Shown here piece by piece: positions 19,211 to 27,516 of a DNA stretch of 64,000 nucleotides. The DNA comes from a virus. Made by a program: the position numbers and the translations under genes. A model generated the notes under the pieces. The model worked only from the letters and a program-made list of their open reading frames with translations, made no database searches and was not told where the DNA came from. How positions within the stretch are numbered: the stretch's first letter is position 1; every line of letters starts with the position of its first letter. The stretch covers positions 6,394 to 70,393 of the IMG/VR virus record IMGVR_UViG_3300009085_000028; one strand, given 5' to 3'.

Positions 19211-20090
19211 CTTTTACCTCAAAAGCATACTTACCACCAAACTCTATTAGCTGTAACAGTCCGTCTTTAGTACCACCATCAATGAAGTAATCATCTACAG
19301 CAAATCCTCTGGCATCAAACTCATCAAAATTGTACAAAACACATCTAGTTTCTCCGAGTATCTTGGCTGTGCGTAGCGCACCTTTCCTTCCAGCTAGATC
19401 ATTATCAAACAGAATATAAATTCTTTTCTGGTAAATAAAATGCTTTATCCATTCTGGCATAAACCCTTCACAACCAATGTTCATACTAACCGCAGGCAAA
19501 CCATTCTGCATAAGAACTATCGCGCCCATCAAACCTTCTGTAATATAGATCTCGTTGGTAATGCGAAGAATATCGGAATTGAATAATAGTGGGCCAACAT
19601 CTTTATAATAATTCTTGATTAGCTTCGGGCTATCTCTACGCATTTGAAATTGTTTGAATACACCATCTTGAAAGATTGGTACAGTGTAGAAATTATTGTA
19701 ATAGCCCAACTGAAATCTGCGTATAGATGTATCATTAATTGTGCGGTTATAAAAATAGGTCTTATCACTCTCTAGTAAATTCTGATGAAACACTTCTACT
19801 AGTTTTGGGTAAACAATAGTCTCTGTGCCATCTTTAATCTCTTGTACAAATGTGCCAGAAAATCCAGAATGTTTTAGAATTTCCTTAGCATTAGCATGAT
19901 CCAGCCCTCTAACTTTTGTTAGATATACGTAGGCATCCCCACGCAAATCCCGAGAGTTCCAATAGAATAATTGTTTCTCTCTATCTACTACAAGAGAGTC
20001 GTGTTCAACTGCCCTGGCCCATAATCTACCATTCAGATCTAGGCCATAATCTTCCTCAATCAGTTGTTCCAGTAGGCTCAGATTGCTCAT
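19179..20090 (-). CDS. DNA primase (TOPRIM)
   Basis: Motifs HDSL..D...FYWNS..GD, ITEG, FDNDLAG and VDDYF. Confidence 0.8.
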   Translation of the reverse strand: MSNLSLLEQLIEEDYGLDLNGRLWARAVEHDSLVVDREKQLFYWNSRDLRGDAYVYLTKVRGLDHANAKEILKHSGFSGTFVQEIKDGTETIVYPKLVEVFHQNLLESDKTYFYNRTINDTSIRRFQLGYYNNFYTVPIFQDGVFKQFQMRRDSPKLIKNYYKDVGPLLFNSDILRITNEIYITEGLMGAIVLMQNGLPAVSMNIGCEGFMPEWIKHFIYQKRIYILFDNDLAGRKGALRTAKILGETRCVLYNFDEFDARGFAVDDYFIDGGTKDGLLQLIEFGGKYAFEVKDDKKTFDRVR

Positions 20091-20273
20091 TGTTTTCCTC
20101 TATAGCCCTGATTCTTTTTTGTTCTTCCGCATACTTTAGTATTTGTTGAACAGCATTAGCCATGAAATCTAACCATTTCTTTTCTTCTTCTGTAGAAGTA
20201 TCACCCTTCAAAAAGAAATGTTCTACCGTTACATTTTTACCAGTATCATTAAAGTGCATCACGTAAGTTGCTG
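20056..20273 (-). CDS. Hypothetical protein
   Basis: Likely starts at MTATYVMHF after GGAGG; the start coordinate is approximate and the upstream part of track ORF 20056..20433 overlaps another gene. Confidence 0.4.
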
Positions 20274-20461
20274 TCATCTTGTTCCTCCTTACTAGCTGGC
20301 TTACCTTCAAACAGATTTCGCAAATAGGATCGGAATTCAAATAACCACTTCTGTTCTGCTTCCGTAGAATCCATACTAACAATTGGGAAATCCTCAATAA
20401 CTGCTCTTTCCTTTCCATCTTCTTCTTCAACACTTATCTTAATTAGGTATGCTATACTCAT
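20249..20461 (-). CDS. Hypothetical protein
   Basis: AAGGA RBS; operon packing. Confidence 0.55.
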   Translation of the reverse strand: MSIAYLIKISVEEEDGKERAVIEDFPIVSMDSTEAEQKWLFEFRSYLRNLFEGKPASKEEQDDSNLRDAL

Positions 20462-21395
20462 CGTTTATCCTTTCTACTGCTAATGAAAAATAATGTTCAC
20501 TCTTTTCGATACCAACGAAATCAAATCCTAGATTTTGACAAGCTAATCCTGTAGTGCCTGTTCCAAAAAATGGATCTAATACAATTCCATCTGTTGGAGT
20601 AACTAATGTTATTAAGTACTCCATAAGTGCTTTAGGTTTCACAGTCGGGTGATTACAAGCAATTCCTTTTTCTTTCTTAGAAGGTTTAGCACAATAGAAA
20701 AACCTGGACTTATCATCAAGAAATTCATCTTCTAAAAGTAAATTACTAGGCCATCTACCCTGTGTGTTTATTGTTTGCTCATAGTCTGGCCTAATCTCCT
20801 GACCAAAGCCCGACCACTTTTCTAGTTTATTAATTGGTACTACTTCATCATCTTGAATAGGAATTCTACTCTCTCCAATATTGAGTCCGCCTGTACCAAA
20901 TAAATCTTTATTAGCTCTATTTGTTTTTTCAGAAATTGGTTTTCTCGCCATAACAATAGGTTCCAGAGCAGGCTTGAGAGCAGTACCCCACCCATCACCA
21001 AGATCGTGAGACTTTGGAAATCCTTGACCATATAACCATCCTATCATATCCCTAATTTCAAATCCAGCGTCTTCAATTGCTACTGCAATTCTATGATAAG
21101 TTCTAGCCCCACCAAAGGCTAGTAAATAAGCGCCGGGTTTCATTACCCTTAGAACTTCTTTCCAGAATGTAGGATCTTTTTCAATGCCTGTACCATCCCA
21201 CTCTTGTCCTAGGAAACCTTTAGATAGTCTACTAAATCTACCATCTTTTCCTTGTTTGGCTGGTGCTGAATTCTCATTACCAAATCTTTCTGTAATAGAA
21301 GTTAGACCATACGGTGGATCAGTTACGCAAGATGCGAAATAATTTTCTGTAAAGCATTGTAATACTTCCCTGCTATCACCCTTGATTATTTGCAT
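20439..21395 (-). CDS. DNA N6-adenine/N4-cytosine methyltransferase (beta class)
   Basis: TDPPYG, HPTVKP and LDPFFGTGTTG; true start MQIIKGDS after GGAGG, since the track extension overlaps tRNA genes. Confidence 0.9.
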   Translation of the reverse strand: MQIIKGDSREVLQCFTENYFASCVTDPPYGLTSITERFGNENSAPAKQGKDGRFSRLSKGFLGQEWDGTGIEKDPTFWKEVLRVMKPGAYLLAFGGARTYHRIAVAIEDAGFEIRDMIGWLYGQGFPKSHDLGDGWGTALKPALEPIVMARKPISEKTNRANKDLFGTGGLNIGESRIPIQDDEVVPINKLEKWSGFGQEIRPDYEQTINTQGRWPSNLLLEDEFLDDKSRFFYCAKPSKKEKGIACNHPTVKPKALMEYLITLVTPTDGIVLDPFFGTGTTGLACQNLGFDFVGIEKSEHYFSLAVERINDEYSIPN

Positions 21396-21423
21396 TACTA
21401 CCTCCTTTGATTTAAATAAAAAG

Positions 21424-21496
21424 TCCCCCCTGTTTGAATTGAACAAACTCCTGCTCCTTATAAGAGAGACGTACTGAACCTTTATACTAAGGGGGG
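21424..21496 (-). tRNA. tRNA-Ile(UAU)
   Basis: Acceptor CCCCCCT/AGGGGGG, D arm GTAT/GTAC, anticodon loop CT-TAT-AA, T arm GTTTG-TTCAATT-CAAAC; no encoded CCA. Confidence 0.8.
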
Positions 21497-21499
21497 TTA

Positions 21500-21570
21500 T
21501 GGCGGGAGTGAGATTCGAACTCACGTAGCAAGGTTATGAGCCTTGTAAGTAACCACTACTTTATCCCGCT
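21500..21570 (-). tRNA. tRNA-Met(CAU), initiator-like (A1:C72 mismatch)
   Basis: Acceptor AGCGGGA/TCCCGCC, anticodon arm CAAGG-CTCATAA-CCTTG, T arm GTGAG-TTCGAAT-CTCAC. Confidence 0.85.
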
Positions 21571-21576
21571 ACGTAT

Positions 21577-21840
21577 TTATTTATTGTGTCTTCGGAAATA
21601 TTCAGACCAAACTGCTGTCCGAAATTCCTTCTCAAATGGAGCTAGAGCGCGGGTAAGGGCACGTTTACGGCCCACTGATCTGTCAAAGTTATCTTCTGGA
21701 TGACAGATAGAAATACCAATCACAGCGCCCTCTGGTCCTTCCACAGTACAAACAGTACCGCGCCGAACTGTCTCGCCATCCGATGTTGGATGTTGGAACG
21801 AAACATTGAACTCACTTTCTTTATACTGAACCTTGAACAT
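21577..21840 (-). CDS. Hypothetical phage protein
   Basis: GxSICHPEDNFDRSVGRKRALTRA motif typical of small phage proteins; AGGAG RBS. Confidence 0.7.
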   Translation of the reverse strand: MFKVQYKESEFNVSFQHPTSDGETVRRGTVCTVEGPEGAVIGISICHPEDNFDRSVGRKRALTRALAPFEKEFRTAVWSEYFRRHNK

Positions 21841-21870
21841 CCTTTACTCCTTTACTAAGATTTTGTTCAG

Positions 21871-21944
21871 CGCCCCAGGAGAGATTTGAACTCTCATCGT
21901 CCGTTATGCACCACATGCTTAGAAGGCAGGGCCAATACTAGGGC
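21871..21944 (-). tRNA. Non-canonical tRNA-Arg(UCU)-like RNA lacking a D arm
   Basis: Acceptor GCCCTAG/CTGGGGC, 7-nt linker in place of the D arm, anticodon loop CT-TCT-AA, 18-nt variable region, T arm GAGAG-TTCAAAT-CTCTC. Confidence 0.7.
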
Positions 21945-21978
21945 TTGTTGATGGAGTTTCTATCTCCATCATGTATAC

Positions 21979-22007
21979 ATTATATCACAACATTATTCAG
22001 TTGTCAA
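21979..22007 (-). promoter_or_regulatory. Sigma70-type promoter driving the tRNA cluster
   Basis: TTGACA-17 nt-TATAAT with extended TG. Confidence 0.85.
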
Positions 22008-22160
22008 GAGGCCAACTTCCTTCTCTTTTCTCCTGCGTTCCCACTCTGCTTTCTTGCGCTTTTCTTCTTCTAGAACGAAAATGTTTTTGTTATCAACCTG
22101 CATACCACTAGTACGCTTGTTCCGTTTACGTTCTCTACGTAACGCTTTATCTAACTTCAT
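21993..22160 (-). CDS. Small basic protein
   Basis: MKLDKALRRERKRNK..., ATGA overlap with the deaminase stop. Confidence 0.5.
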   Translation of the reverse strand: MKLDKALRRERKRNKRTSGMQVDNKNIFVLEEEKRKKAEWERRRKEKEVGLLTTE

Positions 22161-22546
22161 GTTCTCTCTACTCTCCAAAACGGGTATGTATCAGTACTAT
22201 AATAAATTGTTCTAACGCCGAACTCGATTAGTCTTTTCATGCAATCTTCGCAAGGTCTAGCCATGCCGGGATTTCCATTTTTCTTCTCCCGATAAATATA
22301 TGCTGTAGAATTTTTTATATAGTCTTTACCAGATGTTCTTATAGCAGATACCTCCGCGTGTATTGTCTTTCTCCAAGGATTAGCATATACCTTGTGGTAC
22401 TTTGCTTTATTAAACCCGACACTGATTGGCTTATTACCCTTTGTAATAACACATCCAACTTGTATTCTATAATCACTATGTTTAGAAATATTTTTAGCAA
22501 ACCTTAGCCACCGCAGATGCGGGTCATCTTCCTCATTTATTCCCAT
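22157..22546 (-). CDS. Cytidine/dCMP deaminase-like Zn enzyme
   Basis: HAE and PCEDC motifs; probable start MGINEE. Confidence 0.8.
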   Translation of the reverse strand: MGINEEDDPHLRWLRFAKNISKHSDYRIQVGCVITKGNKPISVGFNKAKYHKVYANPWRKTIHAEVSAIRTSGKDYIKNSTAYIYREKKNGNPGMARPCEDCMKRLIEFGVRTIYYSTDTYPFWRVERT

Positions 22547-22654
22547 AAGTTTACCTACTACAGAGCATACAAAAGAACTCCAAGAATGCACAATAAGTAC
22601 ATGCAACAGCACCAACAAATACCACACATAACGATGTATATAAAAGAAACCTAC

Positions 22655-22861
22655 TCATTCTAGCCTACCATATTTACTACGTAAGAACTTGAATATTGTT
22701 ACCAGATCTTCTTTATCAAACGAAATCCATGTTTCTATTTCGTGCTTATCATCCTTGATAATCAGTAGAGTATTATGTTCATTCTCATTATCTTGTCGTA
22801 ACTCAAAGGTTGTGTTACAACCATTCATCCCACAAGAACAATCACCACTCAAAACTTTCAT
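22655..22861 (-). CDS. Hypothetical protein
   Basis: GGAG RBS; operon packing. Confidence 0.55.
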   Translation of the reverse strand: MKVLSGDCSCGMNGCNTTFELRQDNENEHNTLLIIKDDKHEIETWISFDKEDLVTIFKFLRSKYGRLE

Positions 22862-23037
22862 ATCTCCGGCCCTATCATCAGAATAATATTACGTTTTACA
22901 TCAGCATCTTCGCATATCTTTTGCCCTCCTGGTATCACTTTATACACAGTTCTGCAAAGAGTACAATAACGATATAACTCACCATATATCCAGATAAGAC
23001 GCAAACAACTATGACATTCAGGACATTTTGTAGCCAT
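22858..23037 (-). CDS. Small zinc-ribbon protein (59 aa)
   Basis: MATKCPECH...CTLCRTVY; GAGG RBS. Confidence 0.55.
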   Translation of the reverse strand: MATKCPECHSCLRLIWIYGELYRYCTLCRTVYKVIPGGQKICEDADVKRNIILMIGPEI

Positions 23038-23065
23038 TACAACCTCTCGATATTTTTTATAAAGT

Positions 23066-23139
23066 CCGTAGGGTGGACTTGCACCTTCGTCACATGCAGA
23101 CTTTTACTGCCTACGGTTTGTCTAAGGAGACTAGACAAA
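23066..23139 (-). ncRNA. Candidate structured leader or small RNA
   Basis: Hairpin TTTGTCTA/TAGACAAA followed by a three-way junction CCGTAG/CTACGG, GCAG/CTGC, GGTG/CACC, just downstream of a consensus promoter. Confidence 0.4.
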
Positions 23140-23159
23140 ATGAATTCAAATCTAGATGT

Positions 23160-23188
23160 ATTATACAACACTTCTAGTGTGTTGTCAA
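23160..23188 (-). promoter_or_regulatory. Sigma70-type promoter
   Basis: TTGACA-17 nt-TATAAT perfect consensus; ACAACAC/GTGTTGT inverted repeat spans the spacer. Confidence 0.85.
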
Positions 23189-23197
23189 TACCCTAAA

Positions 23198-23524
23198 TTA
23201 CTTTGCTTCCTGAACTCTCTTGTAGGCAAACAAGCCCTTCACGCCATCATAACCAACAAGAGAAACAACAGCGCCAATAGCAATGCGCAGTACGTAAGTA
23301 AGTACACCCTGCCAAGTCATGCTTAGTACGGGATCGTTTGAGGGGAACCCAAGAAACACTAGAGCAAAGGGAGCAACCGCGTTTAGTACTGGTAGCATGA
23401 TTGCATAGAACGCAAAAGGAAAATCAAACTCTGGATTTTTGGCAAGCCATCGATAAGCCAACTTGATTAGCTGTAGGGCGGCAGAAGACAAGGCACCAGC
23501 AGTTAAAACTAAAGAACCATCCAT
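23198..23524 (-). CDS. Membrane protein (holin-like)
   Basis: Three hydrophobic segments, basic C-terminus, GGAGG RBS. Confidence 0.55.
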   Translation of the reverse strand: MDGSLVLTAGALSSAALQLIKLAYRWLAKNPEFDFPFAFYAIMLPVLNAVAPFALVFLGFPSNDPVLSMTWQGVLTYVLRIAIGAVVSLVGYDGVKGLFAYKRVQEAK

Positions 23525-23539
23525 AAATAAACCTCCAAA

Positions 23540-24112
23540 TTAGTAAGTATTTTCTGAAACAACTAAACTCATAATACCATCAAGTTGATTGTAAAGATGC
23601 TCCTTAGACTTTGTATTATCTAAAACAAATTCAAACTTTTGATAGTCATCAAGAGACGTTTCACTAATATCATTATAGGCAATAGAATCTTTTAGAATTT
23701 CTCGTTCCGGGGCTAAAATCCTAGCTCGATAAACTCTATACATACTACGGTTAGAAATAAAATCGTATTCGTTTGGAAATCTCCAATCATCTACTAATAT
23801 TAGATCGAACGGAAATCTTTTGTCAGCAGGTAGTAAATGTTCAAACATGAGTTCTACCCAAATATTCTCATTATATTCCCTACCAGCTTGCCCTATGTTC
23901 TGTAAAAGCTTTCTACCTTTGCCATCTTTTACATTATCCCAACCAAAACTGTTCTGTGCTGTGAGCTTAACACCAGTAGCTATAGGAGCAATCTTCGCCA
24001 TTACTTCTTTAGAATAAATATCATATACCCGTTGGGCACACGTAGTTTTACCTACTCCTGCTTTACCAGAAAATAAAATTACCACTGACTTTGAAAATGT
24101 ATTTGAAGCCAC
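23540..24112 (-). CDS. Deoxynucleoside monophosphate kinase-like P-loop kinase
   Basis: Motifs SGKAGVGKTT, KDGKGRKLLQNIG, DDWRFPNE and SETSLD. Confidence 0.8.
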   Translation of the reverse strand: MASNTFSKSVVILFSGKAGVGKTTCAQRVYDIYSKEVMAKIAPIATGVKLTAQNSFGWDNVKDGKGRKLLQNIGQAGREYNENIWVELMFEHLLPADKRFPFDLILVDDWRFPNEYDFISNRSMYRVYRARILAPEREILKDSIAYNDISETSLDDYQKFEFVLDNTKSKEHLYNQLDGIMSLVVSENTY

Positions 24113-24126
24113 CTTTAAGATCCTCC

Positions 24127-24336
24127 TTACTCGCTAAGCTCTGACAGAATACCCTCAATAACTTTCTTATCCATAAATCCACCCTGGATAAGAAACTTGA
24201 TCAAAAAAGCCAAAGCAGAAACTTCAATTGAAATAACATTATACGCAGAAACAAAGAAGGAAGGTTTACCAATCTGTCTAATGATCAGTGTATTTTTACC
24301 TGGCAATTTTGTTACTTGTATCTTTACTTCATCCAT
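24127..24336 (-). CDS. Hypothetical protein
   Basis: Operon-packed ORF. Confidence 0.55.
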   Translation of the reverse strand: MDEVKIQVTKLPGKNTLIIRQIGKPSFFVSAYNVISIEVSALAFLIKFLIQGGFMDKKVIEGILSELSE

Positions 24337-24346
24337 AGAAAACCCT

Positions 24347-25078
24347 TTATGTAGACTTGCGGGTGAATTTAGCGAACGGTTCCAAACGATTGTGCAACTG
24401 TTCTAATATCTCAACATCACCAACATTGTGTGAGATAACTTCGTTTAGTGCGGCTGGATCTCCGTACTTAGCCCTACGCCACATCTCTTTATCAATTGGA
24501 GTCTTGCCCGGAATACCCAAGTAATCACAGGCATTATCTAAACTCTTTCTGGAAATGCAAAGCTTTGATTTTACTACATAGAACAAATCAAAATGATATA
24601 GTTCTGGAACAGTAACGATCTTTGTATTACCATTTTTTAGCAATTGTTCTTCGTTTATATACGAAGGAAAGTATTGATTGTAGTGTAAAGCTTTTGCACG
24701 CAAGAATGGAACATCAAAACCAGTACCGTAATAAGTAACAATAATCTTATATTTCAGCATCTCATTTACACAAGACTCTACAATGCGCTGATCAGATACA
24801 CCAGAAAATAATTCATCTTTTGTTACAGCATCAAATGTAACCGGACCGTCCTTCTCCTTAATACACCAAGAAAGCATTGTTGAAAAGTCAGCCTTTAGCC
24901 CATCAGATTCAATATCGAGATAGCCAATTTTTAGTCCATCTAAATGATACCAGGGCTTTCCATTCTTTTCGTATAATGTGTTGGCTTGGTCTTGATTTAC
25001 CTTTCCCGCTAGAAAACATGAAGCGTGGTGATCAATATCATGACGATGCACGCAACGTAAAAGATTATTTATAAATTT
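24347..25078 (-). CDS. RNase H-like (DEDD/YprB-type) exonuclease
   Basis: Motifs LDIES, TYYGTGFDVPFL, SLDNACDYLGI and HNVGDV. Confidence 0.8.
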   Translation of the reverse strand, partial: KFINNLLRCVHRHDIDHHASCFLAGKVNQDQANTLYEKNGKPWYHLDGLKIGYLDIESDGLKADFSTMLSWCIKEKDGPVTFDAVTKDELFSGVSDQRIVESCVNEMLKYKIIVTYYGTGFDVPFLRAKALHYNQYFPSYINEEQLLKNGNTKIVTVPELYHFDLFYVVKSKLCISRKSLDNACDYLGIPGKTPIDKEMWRRAKYGDPAALNEVISHNVGDVEILEQLHNRLEPFAKFTRKST

Positions 25079-25080
25079 CA

Positions 25081-25500
25081 TTAGTTCTCCTTGTATGGTT
25101 TTTTCATAATTGCAAATCTATATTCTGAGCGCATAAATTTCTCAAGTCTTTTTGTTTGCTGATCATTAAGATTATATTTTATTCTTAGCTTTTCAATAAA
25201 GCCAGCGTCAGTGAATGCTCCACCTAATACTTCTGCGACTCTATCGCAAGTTCTACCAAAAATCTTGAACATAAAATCACTTCTATTAGGAACAAAAGAA
25301 GATGTTGATTTCGTGCCAAAGTCATCCAGGTTAATTACTAGGTCTAGAACTGCTAGCTCTGAATCTGATATTAGGTCTGCCCTAATAAGATTATTCAGAG
25401 CCTTTTCCACAGTTAATAAATCCAAGTATTCTTCTGATTCAAAATCTGAGGTTAGTTTTATTTTCTCCCTATTCAAAAGTAAATATTCTACGTACCACAT
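25081..25500 (-). CDS. Hypothetical protein
   Basis: AGGAG RBS. Confidence 0.65.
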   Translation of the reverse strand: MWYVEYLLLNREKIKLTSDFESEEYLDLLTVEKALNNLIRADLISDSELAVLDLVINLDDFGTKSTSSFVPNRSDFMFKIFGRTCDRVAEVLGGAFTDAGFIEKLRIKYNLNDQQTKRLEKFMRSEYRFAIMKKPYKEN

Positions 25501-25512
25501 TGATATTCTCCT

Positions 25513-26190
25513 TTATGGATCTCTACTACAGACACCTATGAAGTTGCATCGATAACATCCTCCGTTGTAGTATCCCTCCTTGTAATATTTATTCTTCTTT
25601 ATACTGTCTACCATCTTTGGTATGATGGAGTCGAACAGCGTGTCAACATAAACTTTTCTAGGCCAGAATAAACTAAAGTCAGACCTAGCAACGTTTACCT
25701 GATATACCTTTGGGGTCTTTTCAAATATCTTTTGATATGCCCAATAATAAATAATAAATTGTATATCGTTGCTAATGTCTCGCTTTGTTGTGCCTGTTTT
25801 CCAATCAATTACTGTATCCTCTGTAGGGATCACCCGATCCATCTTACCAGAAATGGATACTTCTTTATTTAGTTTTACATTGAACTCATGTTCAATAAGA
25901 TCACTATCTGTCATCATTTCTAGAAAGCCACCAAAGGTCTGCCGTATATTATTTAGACAGGCATAGATTTTACCCTGCCCGGTCAGATCTATATCGTACT
26001 GGCTGATTAGTTTAGCGGCTTGTTCCTCATAATTAGGGTCTTTCCAGATTGTCTCTGCAACTTTGTGAACAATGGTTCCTACCGCCGCTTCTTGTGAAGT
26101 AACACTTTCTTCTGGAAATGCCCTGCGATAAAAGAACATCTTACTACATTTCAAATAATCTTTTATCGCTGTCGGACTTAATCTAATCAT
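25513..26190 (-). CDS. PD-(D/E)XK Cas4/RecB-like exonuclease
   Basis: Motifs LSPT..C, GTIVH, GKMDRV, IDWKTG, QFIIY and CYRCNF...C. Confidence 0.85.
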   Translation of the reverse strand: MIRLSPTAIKDYLKCSKMFFYRRAFPEESVTSQEAAVGTIVHKVAETIWKDPNYEEQAAKLISQYDIDLTGQGKIYACLNNIRQTFGGFLEMMTDSDLIEHEFNVKLNKEVSISGKMDRVIPTEDTVIDWKTGTTKRDISNDIQFIIYYWAYQKIFEKTPKVYQVNVARSDFSLFWPRKVYVDTLFDSIIPKMVDSIKKNKYYKEGYYNGGCYRCNFIGVCSRDP

Positions 26191-26543
26191 AATGTAGCTA
26201 TCCTTTTATTAGCTGATTCTGTTCTGTAAACATCTACCATCATCTTCATAATATCAAAAGTAATTCTTAGCATTTCAATATCAGCAATAGCCTCAGATAG
26301 TTTCTCTCGTAGCTCAATAAGTTCACCATCTAGTCCTGTGAACTCATATGCTGATTTAATATAAGTGGCTGATGGTGGTTTATTATTAGAGAAGTACCTA
26401 CTGTCTGTAGATGTAATCTTGTAGATCTCACTCTCTCTGGCTTTGATTACAGCGTCTAGATGATCTCTAATTAGCATCTTCTCTCTAATCTGTCGAGCAA
26501 TATTGATCATCTCATCGAAATCAGGAAGGTCAGCAGTTGGCAT
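26187..26543 (-). CDS. Helical protein, UvsY-like recombination mediator candidate
   Basis: Coiled-coil character, C-terminal YRTESANKR, replication/recombination context. Confidence 0.45.
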   Translation of the reverse strand: MPTADLPDFDEMINIARQIREKMLIRDHLDAVIKARESEIYKITSTDSRYFSNNKPPSATYIKSAYEFTGLDGELIELREKLSEAIADIEMLRITFDIMKMMVDVYRTESANKRIATL

Positions 26544-26949
26544 AATATTTTTCTATTTCCTTTTCTATTTGATCTAGTCGTTCATTTATTTGAAATGATT
26601 TCTTTATCATATCATAATCTGTAACGGGGTCTAGTGCAGTTGCTCTATCTAGATAAATATATTTATTATATCTGTATCTATTATACAACACTCTGCAATC
26701 AAAGTCAAGATCTAATCTAAATCCACAAAAGCCAAAGAACTCTTTGATACATGACTCTATATATTCCTCATCTATTTCCAGCTTTTGTGATATATAAGAA
26801 TTAGATTTTCCCGAACAGCACTCTTTTAATATATCATAGACAGCTATGTAATCTAATACTTTGTCACTGTCTAGGTGGTGTACTTGTCTGAGTACTCGTT
26901 TTAGTAGTATCCATGTATCCACGTTTTTTGGCTTCCTCCAAGAAAACAA
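26530..26949 (-). CDS. Hypothetical protein with HTH-like segment
   Basis: GKSNSYISQKLEIDEEYI resembles a LuxR/sigma region 4 HTH. Confidence 0.5.
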   Translation of the reverse strand: MFSWRKPKNVDTWILLKRVLRQVHHLDSDKVLDYIAVYDILKECCSGKSNSYISQKLEIDEEYIESCIKEFFGFCGFRLDLDFDCRVLYNRYRYNKYIYLDRATALDPVTDYDMIKKSFQINERLDQIEKEIEKYYANC

Positions 26950-27391
26950 ATAATTTGTCGAAGTCCTGTTTTAATTCTGTGTACTCATTTAGAATTTCGA
27001 TAAAAAAGTTTAGATCTAATACTACAAAATGTTTCACACCAGACCTTGCACCAGAAAATTTACCAAACAAAACTGGTAAAGCATTCAAAGCTTTTGCTTC
27101 TTCACCAATTTTATCTAGCCACTCTTTCTTTAGTGTAAACTGTTTTACTTCTTTGTTAGTAGAAGAATTATACCCGGCTTTACATTCTGCCTTTACCTTT
27201 TTATAAAACCCTTCAATATCCCCTTTTACATCACCCGTAAGTAATGGTTCTCCTAGCGTAGTTCCCATTGCTCCACTAGCTGGAATTTTTTTCCACACCG
27301 AATTAGCAACGTGTTTATTTAGAAGTTCTACTACTAATCTTTCCCAATCATCTCCCTTGATTTTTTGTTTATTCACCACTAATCTCTCCAA
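26864..27391 (-). CDS. Hjc-like Holliday junction resolvase
   Basis: Motifs KGDDWER, PASGA, GDV and AECK. Confidence 0.75.
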   Translation of the reverse strand: MERLVVNKQKIKGDDWERLVVELLNKHVANSVWKKIPASGAMGTTLGEPLLTGDVKGDIEGFYKKVKAECKAGYNSSTNKEVKQFTLKKEWLDKIGEEAKALNALPVLFGKFSGARSGVKHFVVLDLNFFIEILNEYTELKQDFDKLFVFLEEAKKRGYMDTTKTSTQTSTPPRQ

Positions 27392-27396
27392 TGCTT

Positions 27397-27516
27397 TTAG
27401 TAATAACGATAGTCATACAGACCACACGAAGAACACCTGTATGCGTGTCCAATTAGTTTTCCGTAGTTATTATAAACATAATGACTGAATACCCAAATAT
27501 GATAACACTCGTTCAT
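27397..27516 (-). CDS. Small CxHxW...CxxCG protein (39 aa)
   Basis: MNECYHIWVF...YRCSSCGLYDY; ATGA overlap with the dnaB stop. Confidence 0.45.
   Translation of the reverse strand: MNECYHIWVFSHYVYNNYGKLIGHAYRCSSCGLYDYRYY

Noticed and set aside
21396-21524. N-terminal extension of the methyltransferase ORF in the track (20439..21524)
   Set aside because: It overlaps tRNA-Ile and tRNA-Met; a strong GGAGG RBS precedes ATG at 21395.
22547-22627. Hydrophobic N-terminal extension on the deaminase
   Set aside because: Better explained by an overlapping small ORF in another frame (about 22551..22658), with the deaminase starting at 22546.
23085-23120. Resemblance of CCGTAGGCAGTAAAAGTCTGCATGT to group II intron domain V
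   Set aside because: No catalytic AGC/CGC triad, no closing helix, and no intron body or interrupted gene.
25513-26190. Cas4-like nuclease as a sign of CRISPR-Cas
   Set aside because: No repeat-spacer array or other cas genes are visible; stand-alone Cas4-like exonucleases are common in phage replication modules.
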